Below are positions 25,244 to 37,877 of a stretch of DNA of 64,000 bases, in pieces (within the stretch, counting starts at the first letter, position 1; each line of letters opens with the position of its first letter). Below the pieces are notes generated by a model. The model did not search any database. It saw only the letters and a list, made by a program, of their open reading frames with translations, and was not told the DNA's origin. Origin of the DNA: Octopus bimaculoides (lineage: Eukaryota); assembly GCF_001194135.2 (NCBI RefSeq), contig NC_069006.1, forward strand, positions 16,165,813 to 16,229,812, in the 5' to 3' direction. Position numbers and translations under genes: made by a program.

Positions 25244-25286
25244 TCCAGACTGATGACGAGCAAAGACTCAGAAACATGTCTCTGGA
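25244..25286 (+). ncRNA. Minimal type I hammerhead ribozyme with palindromic helix III
   Basis: tccaga / CTGATGA / c-gag-caaaga-ctc-a / GAAA / catg / TC / tctgga. Stem I is a perfect 6 bp, helix III is the palindrome ACATGT, predicted cleavage after C25280. Confidence 0.75.
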
Positions 25287-25552
25287 TGCAGGCTTAGCTA
25301 AGTGGAGGTGCTTGTCTCCCCCTTGTAAACATAAGGACACAGGAAATGTGTCAAGGCCGACAGGAAGCGGTGCTGCTTCCTAGGGATAAATAGCAGTAGT
25401 ATTATTCCCTTCATGGGACTGTCACATTAAGTTGACAGCATACAATTACTTTATCGCATCACTACTGCATNNNNNNNNNNNNNNNNNNNNNNNNNNNNNN
25501 NNNNNNNNNNNNNNNNNNNNNNNNNNNNNNNNNNNNNNNNNNNNNNNNNNNN

Positions 25553-25605
<53 letters not shown>

Positions 25606-26030
25606 GTATATGTATATATATATTCATATATGTATATATATTTCTCCATAGCAAAACATGTTTTCATCAAAGACTGCAAATGAATAATATCATTTGTATG
25701 ACAGGGATGCTTGTCTACAACTATCACATGATGTCAAGACACACACACGGATGGTTTGACAGGGAGCTGGCCAGCCAGATAGATGTACACACTCCAATTG
25801 TCTGATGTGGCATGGTTTCTACAGTTGGATGCCCTCCGTAATGCCAACCACCTTACAGAGTGTGCTGGGTGCTAGTTATGTGCCAATAGCATGGGTGCAT
25901 CTATGCAGCACTGGCACAGGTGCATTTTTTGTGGGTGCATTCTATATATATAAGTATTACAATAATAATTTTTACAGCTGTAATACATAATAAAAAGTTC
26001 AAACTGATTCGATATTTCAATTGTTAGTTT

Positions 26031-26076
<46 letters not shown>

Positions 26077-27769
26077 TGCTTGCATGTGCATCCATATTAC
26101 AGTGTGTGCATGTGTTTCAATGTATCTGTTATCTATACATCTATATGTTTACATGCATACGTATATATAATTTCAATAATAGAGAAAAAAAAAAGTAATA
26201 AAATAAAGTGAAAAGAAAAATAAATAACAAATAAACGATGATGATGATAATGATATTATCAATAATGATGATGATGATGATAATAATATAACAATAATGA
26301 TAATGGTTTCTGAGATATAAGAAGTAATAAAGATTAAAAAAGAATGAAAATCACTGCACATACCCAATGCACAAAAGCTGTGCTCACATGAGGGATGAAA
26401 GCATACAATAAAAATACTGAAATGATGGTGGCAGAAGTAATGATGATGGTGGTGATGATGATGGTGATGATGATGATGAAAAGCATTTATGAGAAGCATT
26501 TATTTTATTTGGCTGAATTATTTATTTTTCAAATGGCCCAGGGTGTTATAAAACTCATAATAAAAGCAGCACAGACTTTTTGATGTACAGTCTAAACTAG
26601 TTTTTACATCACTAAGCTTTCATTGCCGGATGAAAAAAGAGAGAGGGGGGTTGGTAGCAAATACAACCCCCCACCCCAACACACACACACATCTCCACAC
26701 ACTGATCTTCAGCTAATGAAATAAATAACTCAACAACAAACAAAAAAAGAAGATAATCCTCAGAGACAGAACATCAGACACATGCCTATACACTCATGTC
26801 TACACACTCATATACATACTTATTATACACATACATACACGCACTCACACACACACATGTACATATGTATACATCATACACACACACACACACACACATA
26901 CATATATACATACACATTTGTACATAAGTGCACATCATACACATACATATATACATATACACACACATTTGTACATATGTACATACATTTATACATATGT
27001 ACATATACACATACATACACACACACATTTGTACATATACACACATTATACACACATACATACATACACATTTGTACTGAAGTGCACATCATACACACAC
27101 ATATAAACATACACACACAGAGAGAGGTAGTGTGTTTGCTAAACCTAAACAGTGATATCGTGTCATTATGACATAATATTTTTATGAACCCATTCACAGT
27201 CCACCATCCTGATGAGTGTCCTGGCCTCTTAAGAACATAACCACACACACACATACACACACATGATTAGGTAGGGCTCGCAGCCAAAACAACAAGGAGC
27301 ATCCAGTGTACAAAACAGAGAAATGGGAGTACATTGTTAAAATAGAATATTTATAATAATCATATGAAGAAAACAGTTTCATGTAAGTCTCATGATTGGA
27401 CAATCATCAAGTGTGTCTATGAAGACCTGGAACAGTCTCTGCAGAATGGCTGCTGGGGGTAAATGAGCTGTACATACTAAGCACATTGAGAAAGTAGATA
27501 AAATGTTGAGAATTATGGCTCTTGATAACTAATAAATATTAAGTTAGTCAGGCTATAAATTAAAGAAAGACAAAGAAACAACAAAAGAAAATCAAACACA
27601 AAGGAAGATAGGGGAGAGACAAAGAGAAAGAAAAAGAGAGGAAGAAAGAAAGAAAGAAGAATGAAGCAGTGCACTGGAACCAGACAGCAAGAAGCAATAG
27701 GGATAGACAGAGCATATGAATTAAGGATTTGCATTCTCTCCCCAAGATCCCAAGTTCATCCATACTTAA

Positions 27770-28200
27770 CTCCAGACAGGTTGGTATATATTCTGGTGCT
27801 CCAATAAAAACAGGTATGAAGCTGAAAGTCTATCTTGGGTACTGAATTTGCAAACTATATAACCTAACGCACCTATGATGATAGGTACAAACGAGCATTT
27901 ATAATCAGAGTACAAGAGTTGTAAGTTCCACCATTAATTCACCATAAATGTTCTTTTCCATGGACTTTCGATTGTACATTCACATCTGCTGGGCAGCTGA
28001 CCTCTACAACAGTGCATGACTATTATTCCCGTCCCACCGAACAGTATCAGATCTGTTATGTTTGCACCAAATTGCTGCTTTTATTAGAGTGTTCTGTTTT
28101 GCCAGAATCCCTTGTTTTTAAAGGTGTGAATACCTGCTTCCCGTCTTTTATGTGAAACAACCACATAGAAGTTCCTTATTGGTTCTAAATAAATAGTAAC
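27770..28200 (-). mobile_element. Degenerate R2-superfamily (R4/NeSL-like) endonuclease fragment
   Basis: Through frameshifts: CKHNRSD.V.WD...CTVVEVSCPADVNV...ENIYGELM...YKCSFVPIIIGALGYI. Confidence 0.7.
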
Positions 28201-28544
28201 GATAGTAGGTGACTCCATCACCTGGCCATCGGATGTCTTTAACAGAGTCCATTCTGGAGCAAATATTTGGGCCAAGTTGTTGGTCTGAGATTAACTTCCC
28301 TCTCTCCAACCATTCTCAGAGGGTCTGATAAGAATCATTAGGGGCTGTCACTCCTCTTCTAAAACTTCTTCAGCTGGAAATTTAACCACTCAACCAGTAT
28401 TACTGCATGTTTCATCAGCAATGAGAGGCCCCACATCCCTTCACTAATGTCCAGTGACACTGGTGAAAGGAATTGGGGCATCATATCTCATTCTTTCTTC
28501 CACCAATGCTAGCTTTAGGATTTCATTGAAACAAATCTTCAGCA

Positions 28545-29010
28545 TCATCATCACCAACATTATCATCATTGCCACTGCAACCATCACCACCAACACCATT
28601 AAGGCTGCCGCCACTACCACCATTAACACAAACCTGGCTACTAGAACATCATCATCACCACCACTACCACTATCAACATCCCCACTACTACTGCCAGCAC
28701 CAGCACCACCCCTACCACCAGTGTTTAGGCCATAAATAACCATAATCAAAACCAACATTATTAACATATCAACACCAAGACACCCTACTATCATCATCAT
28801 TATCATCATTACCGCCATCACATCATTATCATCACACCTACCAACATCATTACCATCACTACCACCATTATCAGTACCAACCGTCACCACTGATAGCAAT
28901 ACCATTATCATCGTCACTGACAGCACCATTGTCATCAATCAACAACTATTACCACCATTCTTAACCAATCAACAGTAGAACCACCACCGATACCATCATC
29001 ACTACCATCA
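28545..29010. repeat. Low-complexity (CAT/CAC)n region
   Basis: Degenerate trinucleotide repeats; source of the spurious ORFs 28444-28938 and 28454-28735. Confidence 0.85.
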
Positions 29011-29231
29011 AAGTTCTATCAAGCTTTTTAATCGTCAGGCCATAGTATGCTATTTAATGATTTGTTAATTAGGCCTGAAGCCCTAGGCATGCAGGTGTGA
29101 CATGTTCAGGCAAATCAAATGCCAGAAGTCGAAATAATTCATTCACTTGACCATTTCAATTAATCAATAAATTTTTTAACAGGCAACAAGATGAGAAAAG
29201 AAGAGGAATGGACTTCTGTCTCTCCACAAAA

Positions 29232-29577
29232 CAATGCTTAGATGTACGTAGTGGAACATGAAATGTGGACAGTGAACATTAAAGGAATTGAACTGGACAG
29301 TGAACATTAGAAAAATTGAACTGGACAGTGAACATTAGTGGAATTGTACTAACTGGACAATAAACTTTAGAGGAATTGTGGACAGGAATGAGTTTTTTGT
29401 GCTCCATTTTGTTGGTTCAATGCTTAGATGTACGTAGTGGAACATGAAATGTGGACAGTGAATGTTAGAGGAATTGAACCAACTGAACAGTGAACATTAA
29501 AGGAATTGAACTGGACAGTAAACTTTAGAGGAATTGTGGACAGGAATGGGCTTTTTGTGCTCCATTCTGTTGGTTCA
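29232..29577 (+). repeat. 186-bp tandem duplication containing a ~28-bp minisatellite
   Basis: caatgcttagatgtacgtagtgg occurs at 29232 and 29418; internal unit ggacagtgaacattaaaggaattgaact. Confidence 0.85.
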
Positions 29578-29809
29578 TACTCCATTCATACTAGGGCACC
29601 ATTACAGAGCTAAGTAAGATTATGAAGGTAGAGAAAGGACTTCTATCCACTGAATCCATGGAATCTTTTACTTTCTTTTCCTCTTTCAGTCATTAGACTG
29701 TGGCCATGCTGGAGCTTGGCTGAATCGGTCTATTTTGCTGAATCGCTAATTTACAAGGATGTTGTCAAGCAGTGGGGGGTGGGGAGACAAATACACACAC
29801 AAAGACATG

Positions 29810-29847
<38 letters not shown>

Positions 29848-30237
29848 TACACACACACACACATATGGTGGGCTTCTTTCAGTTTCCATCTACTAAATCC
29901 ACTCGCAAGGCTTTGGTTGGCCCAAGACTATAGTAGAAGACACTTGCCAAAGGTGCCACGCAGTGGGACTGAACCTGGAGCCATGAGGTTGGGAAGCAAG
30001 CTTCTTACCACACAGCCATGCTTGCATCTACGTTTAGATTGTTGCTGCTGTTGTTTACCACCAAGCCAAACCTGACTGAGAAGTCCCAGGTTCAAAACCA
30101 TTACGCCTTCTCAGTGGGGTCAAGTGTTATTTTATTTAATGTATCATTTACTCATCTCAGACAGAGGAGTAAGAGTTCAGTCCAACACTACTTTCTTCAC
30201 TCATTTGTTTTATATATGTTATATATATGAGTGCATG

Positions 30238-30588
30238 TGGAGGCGCAATGGCCCAGTGGTTAGGGCAGCGGACTCGCGGTTTCGATTCCCAGACCGGGCG
30301 TTGTGAGTGTTTATTGAGTGAAAACACCTAAAGCTCCACGAGGCTCCGGCAGGGGATGGTGGCGAACCCTGCTGTACTCTTCCACCACAACTTTCTCTCA
30401 CTCTCAATTCCTGTTTCTGTTGTGCCTGTCACACACTGTGTCATGCTGAATATCCCCGAGAACTACGTTAAGGGTACACGTGTCTGTGGAGTGCTCAGCC
30501 ACTTGCACGTTAATTTCACGAGCAGGCTGTTCCGTTGATCGGATCAACTGGAACCCTAGACGTCGTAAGCGACGGAGTGCCAACAACA
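30238..30588 (+). mobile_element. tRNA-derived SINE family B
   Basis: Same sequence as the 13558 copy with small internal deletions. Confidence 0.85.
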
Positions 30589-30605
30589 TGTGAGTGCATA
30601 CGTGA

Positions 30606-30644
<39 letters not shown>

Positions 30645-30999
30645 TGCATGTGTATGTACTGGCAGCGGCTTATCAAAATCCATTAATTTCAACAATAACT
30701 AAGCATTTCATCTTGATAGCTGATAGCATTTACAAAAACATGCAACAGATCTGAAGAAGCAGATGTGAGAATTTTGAAAGTAATGCTCTCAGTCTCTTTC
30801 TCTCTCTCTCTTTCTTTCTTTCTTTCTCTCTGTGTATGTATGTACACACACACACACATACATACATACATACACATACAGAAGCACCATGGCACAGAAG
30901 ATAGAGCTGATTAGGTTTATACTCTTTGACTTGTTTTAGAGCACTGCCTTGGGGAGAGAGGGTTGTTGAACAATTCAACCTCTGAGTGCATTTTTAATG

Positions 31000-31040
<41 letters not shown>

Positions 31041-31303
31041 NNNNNNNNNNNNNNNNNNNNNNNNNNNNNNNNNNNNNNNNNNNNNNNNNNNNNNNNNNNN
31101 NNNNNNNNNNNNNNNNNNNNNNNNNNNNNNNNNNNNNNNNNNNNNNNNNNNNNNNNNNNNNNNNNNNNNNNNNNNNNNNNNNNNNNNNNNNNNNNNNNNN
31201 NNNNNNNNNNNNNNNNNNNNNNNNNNNNNNNNNNNNNNNNNNNNNNNNNNNNNNNNNNNNNNNNNNNNNNNNNNNNNNNNNNNNNNNNNNNNNNNNNNNN
31301 NNN

Positions 31304-31655
31304 GCTTTTAGTCGAGAAAATCGACCCCAGGACTTATTCTTTGCGAGCTCGGTACTTATTCTATCGGACTCTTTTGCCGAACCGCTAGGTTACGGGGACG
31401 TAAACACACCAGCATCGGTTGTCAAGCAATGCTAGGGGGACAAACACAGACACACAAACACACACACACACACATACATATATACATATATACGATGGGC
31501 TTCTTTCAGTTTCCATCTACCAAATCCACTCACAAGGCTTTGGTCGGCCCAAGGCTATAGTAGAAGACACTTGCCCAAGGTGCCATGCAGTGGGACCGAA
31601 CCCGGAACCATGTGGTTGGTAAGGAAGCTACTTACCACACAGCCACTCCTGCGCC
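31304..31655 (-). mobile_element. SINE family A
   Basis: Reverse complement of the family A consensus, starting at a gap edge. Confidence 0.8.
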
Positions 31656-32001
31656 TATAAGCCAGTTATAATTCTTTTTGTTTGCTTTACAAAATTATTT
31701 ATTTTGTCTGGCACTGGATGTGACTGAAAGTTTCATAATAGGGAGCCAGGTGAAGGCTATCCAAAAGGGCTTTGGTAACCCTTATAACACCAACGTTTGA
31801 AACTGATTAGCATCTTGAATATCTGAAGCACAATTACAAAGTTGGGAAGAAAAGTCAAAAAGTGATATTTCATTTTCATCTGACCTGGTTGTGTGGTTAA
31901 GAAGCTCCACTTCACAGCCACATAGTTTCAGGTTCGGTCCCACTGCACAGCAGCTTGGGCAAGTATCATGTAGCCCGAGACAGCCAATACCTTTACAGAA
32001 A

Positions 32002-32049
<48 letters not shown>

Positions 32050-32760
32050 ATACTCTGTAAAGTGGTTGGCATTAGGAAGAGCACCCAGGTGTAGAAACCA
32101 AGTCAAACAGACTATTGAACCTGGTGTGGCCCCTGGCCTTGCCAGTTCCTGTCAAACCATCCATCCCATGCCAGCATGGAAAATGGACATTACATGTTGA
32201 TGATGATGATGTCACATGCACACACACATGTATAAATACACACACACACACACACACACACATGTATAAATATATATACACACACACACACATTTATACA
32301 TATATATATATACACACATATGCACATATATGCATATATACACATATGCACTGTAGTTGATAAATATGAGTACCTTTAATGTAATCCTCAAGTGCAATCA
32401 GCATAACACAGCACAGTCCACCGAACAAGCTTTTACATGGTTTCTGTCTGCCCAGTTCCACTCTCAAGGATTGGGTTAATCTGAGTCTCAGGTAAAAAAA
32501 AAAAATTTTTTTTAAATACTTGCATAGGATGCAACGAAGTGGAACTGAACCAGTGACCACATGACAGTGAACTGCAGGTCCCAACCATTCAGCCATACCT
32601 ATGTTCTGAATGTAATGTGACTGTGTGTTAAGACGCTTGCTTCCCAACCACATGGTTCCAACTGCGTAAATAACACCTTGGGCAAGTGTCTTCTACTGTG
32701 GCCTCAGGCTAACCAAAGCCTTGTGAGTGGATTTGGTAGACAGAAACTAAAAGAAGTCAG

Positions 32761-32840
<80 letters not shown>

Positions 32841-33229
32841 GTATGTGTGTGTGTGTGTCTTTGTATCTGTGTTTGTCCCCCACCACTGCTTGACAACTGC
32901 TGCTGGTATGTTTATGTTCCCGTGACTTAGCAGTTTAACAAAAGTGACTGATAAAACAAGTGCCAGGCTTTAAAAAGAAAGCAAATGTACCGGGGTCGAT
33001 TCATTCAACTAAAAATTCCTTCAAGACAGTGCCCCTGCATGGCCACAGTCTAATGACTGAAACAAGCAAAAGATAAACTGTAAAAGATATACTACGCAGA
33101 GGATATTAATAAACACTGTCTGTGTCCATTGGTATGTCTGCACCACTAACACCACAACACCACTACTTAACAAACATTGTCATGTACTTCATAGATGCTA
33201 TCAAAACACTGCTTTCCTATTTATCTATT

Positions 33230-33461
33230 TATTTATTCATTTATATCTAATTGTCTGTGACTGTGTATCTATCTATCTATCTATCTGTGTATCTATCGAT
33301 CTATATCTATCTATCTATCTATCTATCTATCAATCTATATCTATCTGTTTATCTATTTATCTATCTAACTAATTGTCTGTCTGACAGTGTAGCTATCTAA
33401 CAATCTATCTATATCTATCTATCTATCTATCTATCTGTCTATCTATCTATCTATGAATCTG

Positions 33462-33492
<31 letters not shown>

Positions 33493-33498
33493 GAATCT

Positions 33499-33530
<32 letters not shown>

Positions 33531-33627
33531 CTGTCTGTCTGACTGTGTAGCTATCTAAGAATCTATATCTATGTATGTATGTATGTATCTATCTATCTAT
33601 CTGTCTATCTATCTATCTATGAATCTG

Positions 33628-33683
<56 letters not shown>

Positions 33684-33695
33684 CATCCATCTATT
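33230..33695. repeat. Compound (TATC)n microsatellite with higher-order duplication
   Basis: Repeated ctgtctgac(t/a)gtgtagctatctaa blocks within (TATC)n. Confidence 0.85.
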
Positions 33696-33972
33696 ATCTC
33701 ACTTCAACAATCAATGAGACCTGTGTAATATCTAAACACATAAGATGGAAACACAATGTCTAGCAGCTTACCTGTTTGTCTGTCCATAATCTAACTACAT
33801 ATCTTACCTTACTATATAGATAACATTTGAAAAATAATGTCTTCTAACAAATATATATGCACATACTCTCACCAATCAATAAACCCTATGAAATGTGCTG
33901 TATAGATTATATTTAAAAATATTGCCTGATTCCATCAATCTGTTTTTGTATGTATACGTGTGCATTCCTGTG

Positions 33973-34008
<36 letters not shown>

Positions 34009-34415
34009 GATCAATCAGTTGACAGACAGGTAGTTACCTTCCTCAATCAATAAACCCAGTGTAATATACTACATAGATGTTTTATATACACAATATTAAA
34101 ATATTCTGTCTGCCTGTCTGCTTGTCTGTCTGTCTGTCACTACCCTTCTCCCCACTCCATGAATAACTCTTATGTTTTATACTACTTAGACATTCTTCTA
34201 TCACTATGGCAACCGTCTCTGTTTCTCCGAGATGGCTCACAGCGTATCCCCTAGACACAAGCCGACTTGTCCCACACAACTCGTCCCCAAAAAAGCTCAT
34301 TTATTGTCTCACCTTTTTAGATGCCTTGCCTAATCCTTATTTACACCTGAAGCCTTTGGAATGAACACTGCCCATCCGCAAAAGATATACACAAATGGCA
34401 GTTTGTTTGTTTGAC

Positions 34416-34456
<41 letters not shown>

Positions 34457-34759
34457 ATTGTGAAGACATGTGGCCTATTGGTTAGACTGTTGCACTCAAA
34501 ATCACTAGATTGTGGGTTTGATTCCCTGACTGGGCAGCGCATTGTGTTCTTGAGCAAAACACATCATTTCACGTTGCTCCAGTCCCAATTTCCATCTGGG
34601 GGGAATGTTGGCTTGTTAGCCTAGCCAGAGAAGTAGCATCATTTGAAGACTAAAATAATGTAAAAAAAATGTACTGTGACCAGCAATGTGTAACAACATC
34701 TGATAGCCTGGTCAGTCACGTGATCAAATGATATATATTATAGATAAAGGGAAATTTAA

Positions 34760-35200
34760 AGAGTTTGAAAACAAGGTATGTTGAGCTCTTTATAAAATGA
34801 CAGGTTCTACAGTGAAGAAACTGGGAAAATTAACAATACAGGAAAGGAGTTGTTTATCGTTAGGTCTAACTCATCGTATGGTAAATACCACCATGACCGA
34901 TATCCAAACTACAGTGGAGAAGGCTAGCCACTGGATTTGGTTAGAAAGAGACAATGAGCGATGGCTAGAGAAATATTGAGCTTTGTTTTTAATAACCAGT
35001 TGATCTAGCAAGCGGGGCCTCATATCAGTGAGGGGGTGCCGGTGCACATTGATGCCGTCGAGAGGTAGGCCCCGAAACGGTGCTCATTCTCTCCTGATGA
35101 CCCCATACACTTGCTGGCTTCTGGTATGTGGAGTTCTTGACTGGTAGCACTTGCATGTGCAAGACATCTTATGAAAACAAGACATTTTTGTACTACAGAG
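34760..35200 (+). mobile_element. HERO-like (R2 superfamily) retrotransposon 3' fragment with GC-rich 3' UTR
   Basis: ORF 34797-34979 ends TTVEKASHWIWLERDNERWLEKY*, resembling the HERO C-terminal A/E-K-x-S-x-W-x-W-L-x-R motif (from memory). Confidence 0.55.
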
Positions 35201-36356
35201 CCAGAGGTGGTTTCGGTCGGGTTAGTAATGAGAGGGTTAAGCCAGACCATAATAATATGACTTTGCATCAACAATATTATGTATTTTGCAACATTGAAAT
35301 TTAGTTTATACTGAAATTGGCAACATAGTTCATTAAAAGTAAAAACAATCCTTATGATGTCAGGCTGATGTAAATTGTGCTTTAAGCATTGTTACAAATA
35401 AATTCATGACTTGTAGAAAATTCTATTATTTTATGAAATACTGGGCTTGTTTTTTAAGGAAGACAACAAATGATAAATGAAATAGAGAAACAAAATTAGA
35501 TAGAGTTAACTACTGAGAACATAAAATAAATCATAACAAAACATTTACTATTCATAAAAAAGAGAACCTATTTTAGAAATAGAAATTTTAGCCACAGAAA
35601 GATAGCTTTCTTTCTCTCTCTCTCTCTCTCACCGCTCTCTCACACACACACATACACACACACACATAAAGAGTAATGACAAACTGTAAATGTTTGAGTC
35701 GAGAGTTTTCAATTGTATATAAATGCAATCCAGATTTAAATATGTAAGTCACTCTACAAACACAAACATTCTATTTTCATAGGTTTTGTTTTTTTTAAAG
35801 GAAAATGAAAAATGTTTCAGCTTAATTTAATAATGCAGCAGCAGCAGCAGCAGCAGCAGCAGCGGGAGGAGAAGGAGAAGGAGAAGAAGAAGAAGAAGAA
35901 GAAAAAGAAGAGGAGGTCTAGCATGGACACTATAACAAAATGAGATGAGATTTATAACTATTAGTATATTATAAAGCATATTTGAACACTGTTTTGATAG
36001 AATGAACACCATATGTTTAAATTATAACACGCTCTGTTGATTCATAGTACAGAAAATGTTGTCATTCATTCAGTCAAACATCTGAAGTCCATTATTAAGT
36101 CCATTATTTCCCTGCTAGCATGGCTTAGGTGAGAAATGATTTTAAGGTAGAATTTTATGACCAGATGCTCTTCCTGTCACCAAACTTCAATTATTTTTCA
36201 AGCAAAGGATTTTCATATTCCACATTTCTTTGAAGTATAGAGCAACCAATGATGTTTGTCAACAAGAAATATCAACACCACCATCACTTTTTCACCCAAA
36301 CGGTTCCAAGCGAAATACCAACATTTATGTGTGCACACACACACACACACACATAC

Positions 36357-36497
36357 GTATGAGGGGGTGTTGAAAAGTTCCCGGTTTCAAAGGGTATCTA
36401 CCACGAAAGGCCTGGATGGAGTCCCAAGCCTTCTGAGTCCTTTTACAAGGCTTAGAAAAACTGAAGGACCGCTGCAATAAGTGTGTGAATCTGAGAG
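36357..36497 (+). mobile_element. Mariner-derived non-autonomous fragment
   Basis: Terminus ta(c/t)gagggggtgttgaaaagttcc plus transposase C-terminus FYKA/LEKLKDRCNKCVNLRGE; related piece at 63290-63427. Confidence 0.6.
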
Positions 36498-36951
36498 GGG
36501 AATGTTCTTTTATTCTTTTATTTGTTTCGGTCATGTGACTGTGGCCATGCTGGAGCACCGCCTTTAGTCAAAGAAATCGACCCCAGGTCTTATTCTTTGT
36601 AATCCTGGTGGTTATTCTTTCGTTCTTTCTTGCCGAACCACTAAGTGTCGGGGACATAAACACACCAGCATTGGTTGTCAAGCGATGTTAGAGGGACAAA
36701 CATATATATATATATATATATATATATNNNNNNNNNNNNNNNNNNNNNNNNNNNNNNNNNNNNNNNNNNNNNNNNNNNNNNNNNNNNNNNNNNNNNNNNN
36801 NNNNNNNNNNNNNNNNNNNNNNNNNNNNNNNNNNNNNNNNNNNNNNNNNNNNNNNNNNNNNNNNNNNNNNNNNNNNNNNNNNNNNNNNNNNNNNNNNNNN
36901 NNNNNNNNNNNNNNNNNNNNNNNNNNNNNNNNNNNNNNNNNNNNNNNNNNN

Positions 36952-36993
<42 letters not shown>

Positions 36994-37869
36994 CAAATCC
37001 ACTCACAAAGTGTTGGTCGGCCTGAGGCTATAGTAGAAGACACTTGCCCAAGGTGCCACGCAGTGGGACTGAACCCAGAACCATGTGCTTGGTAAGCAAG
37101 CTACTTACCACACAGCCACTCTTGATCTAAAGTAATATCCCACCAATGTCCTTTGCTTTCATATATTTTATTGTTTCATGAACATCCAAAAACCAGAATT
37201 GAGAAAACACATACCCAACGAAATACTGGTTTCAATTTAACTGATTACAACACCACTTCTGACCATAAAAGAAATGTGCGACCTAATACTTATCTAAGAA
37301 GCCATTATTATAAATATATAAACAGTTGCATTTATTGCAGTATAAGTGCAAAAGAGAGAAATAAAAGTTCCTACATTTGCTAATGGAGGCAGGCACCTCG
37401 TTTAAAAGTAAAACAGACTGGGCCATGCCATCACGCTATTATGTTGGCCTGTCTTAAAAATTGAAGCACACACAAAGATATGTATGGTTTGGAGTCAAGG
37501 AAGAGCGAAAGAAATTAAATAGTTTAAAAACATCAGAAAAATATGTAAAAAAAAAAAAACAAAAAAAAAACACCTGCTGTTTACAAGCATGTCAAAGAAA
37601 AACTGCTGTATTTATTTAATCACTGTTGTTAATAGTGTGAACAAGACTAAAAGCCATTTTTTATATAATTGTTATTTCTTCTTTTCTGTTTCTTACATTT
37701 ATTTTATTTGTTAAGACTGACTCTGTAGGGTGCCATGTGTGATGTGGTTGAACAGACAGATATGTACCAGACTCACTCATATCACTGTTTGCTTCTCCAT
37801 GGTTCAATGTATATTTTTTATTTATTTTATTCAAAACATAACAAACTGAATGCTTTTTTTATTACTTAC

Positions 37870-37877
37870 TGTGGAGC
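37870..37877 (-). CDS. Candidate 8-nt microexon GCTCCACA
   Basis: Minus strand gtttctttctttcttattaatAG|GCTCCACA|GTAAGT: pyrimidine tract, AG and a perfect donor. Confidence 0.3.

Larger units (their letters stand above)
24632..25470. mobile_element. 352-bp hammerhead-containing repeat (retrozyme or Penelope pLTR): inverted monomer plus at least 1.4 direct tandem monomers
   Basis: Period 352 (aaggacacagg at 24981 and 25333; tgacagca at 25081 and 25433). 24632-24948 is the near-identical reverse complement of about 25106-25422. The array runs into the gap at 25471. Confidence 0.85.

Noticed and set aside
24981-25470. CRISPR-like interpretation of the tandem array
   Set aside because: The units are long near-identical repeats without unique spacers, in a eukaryotic context with no cas genes.
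28444-28938. 164-aa and 93-aa ORFs
   Set aside because: Produced by CAT/CAC low-complexity repeats.
35068-35105. GAAAC...CTGATGA as a permuted hammerhead
   Set aside because: The flanks (cccc and cccc) cannot form stem II and helix III is absent.
35020-35274. 84-aa minus-strand ORF that looks like an exon
   Set aside because: All frames after the nearest acceptor stop without a donor, and the region is better explained as a HERO-like 3' UTR on the plus strand.
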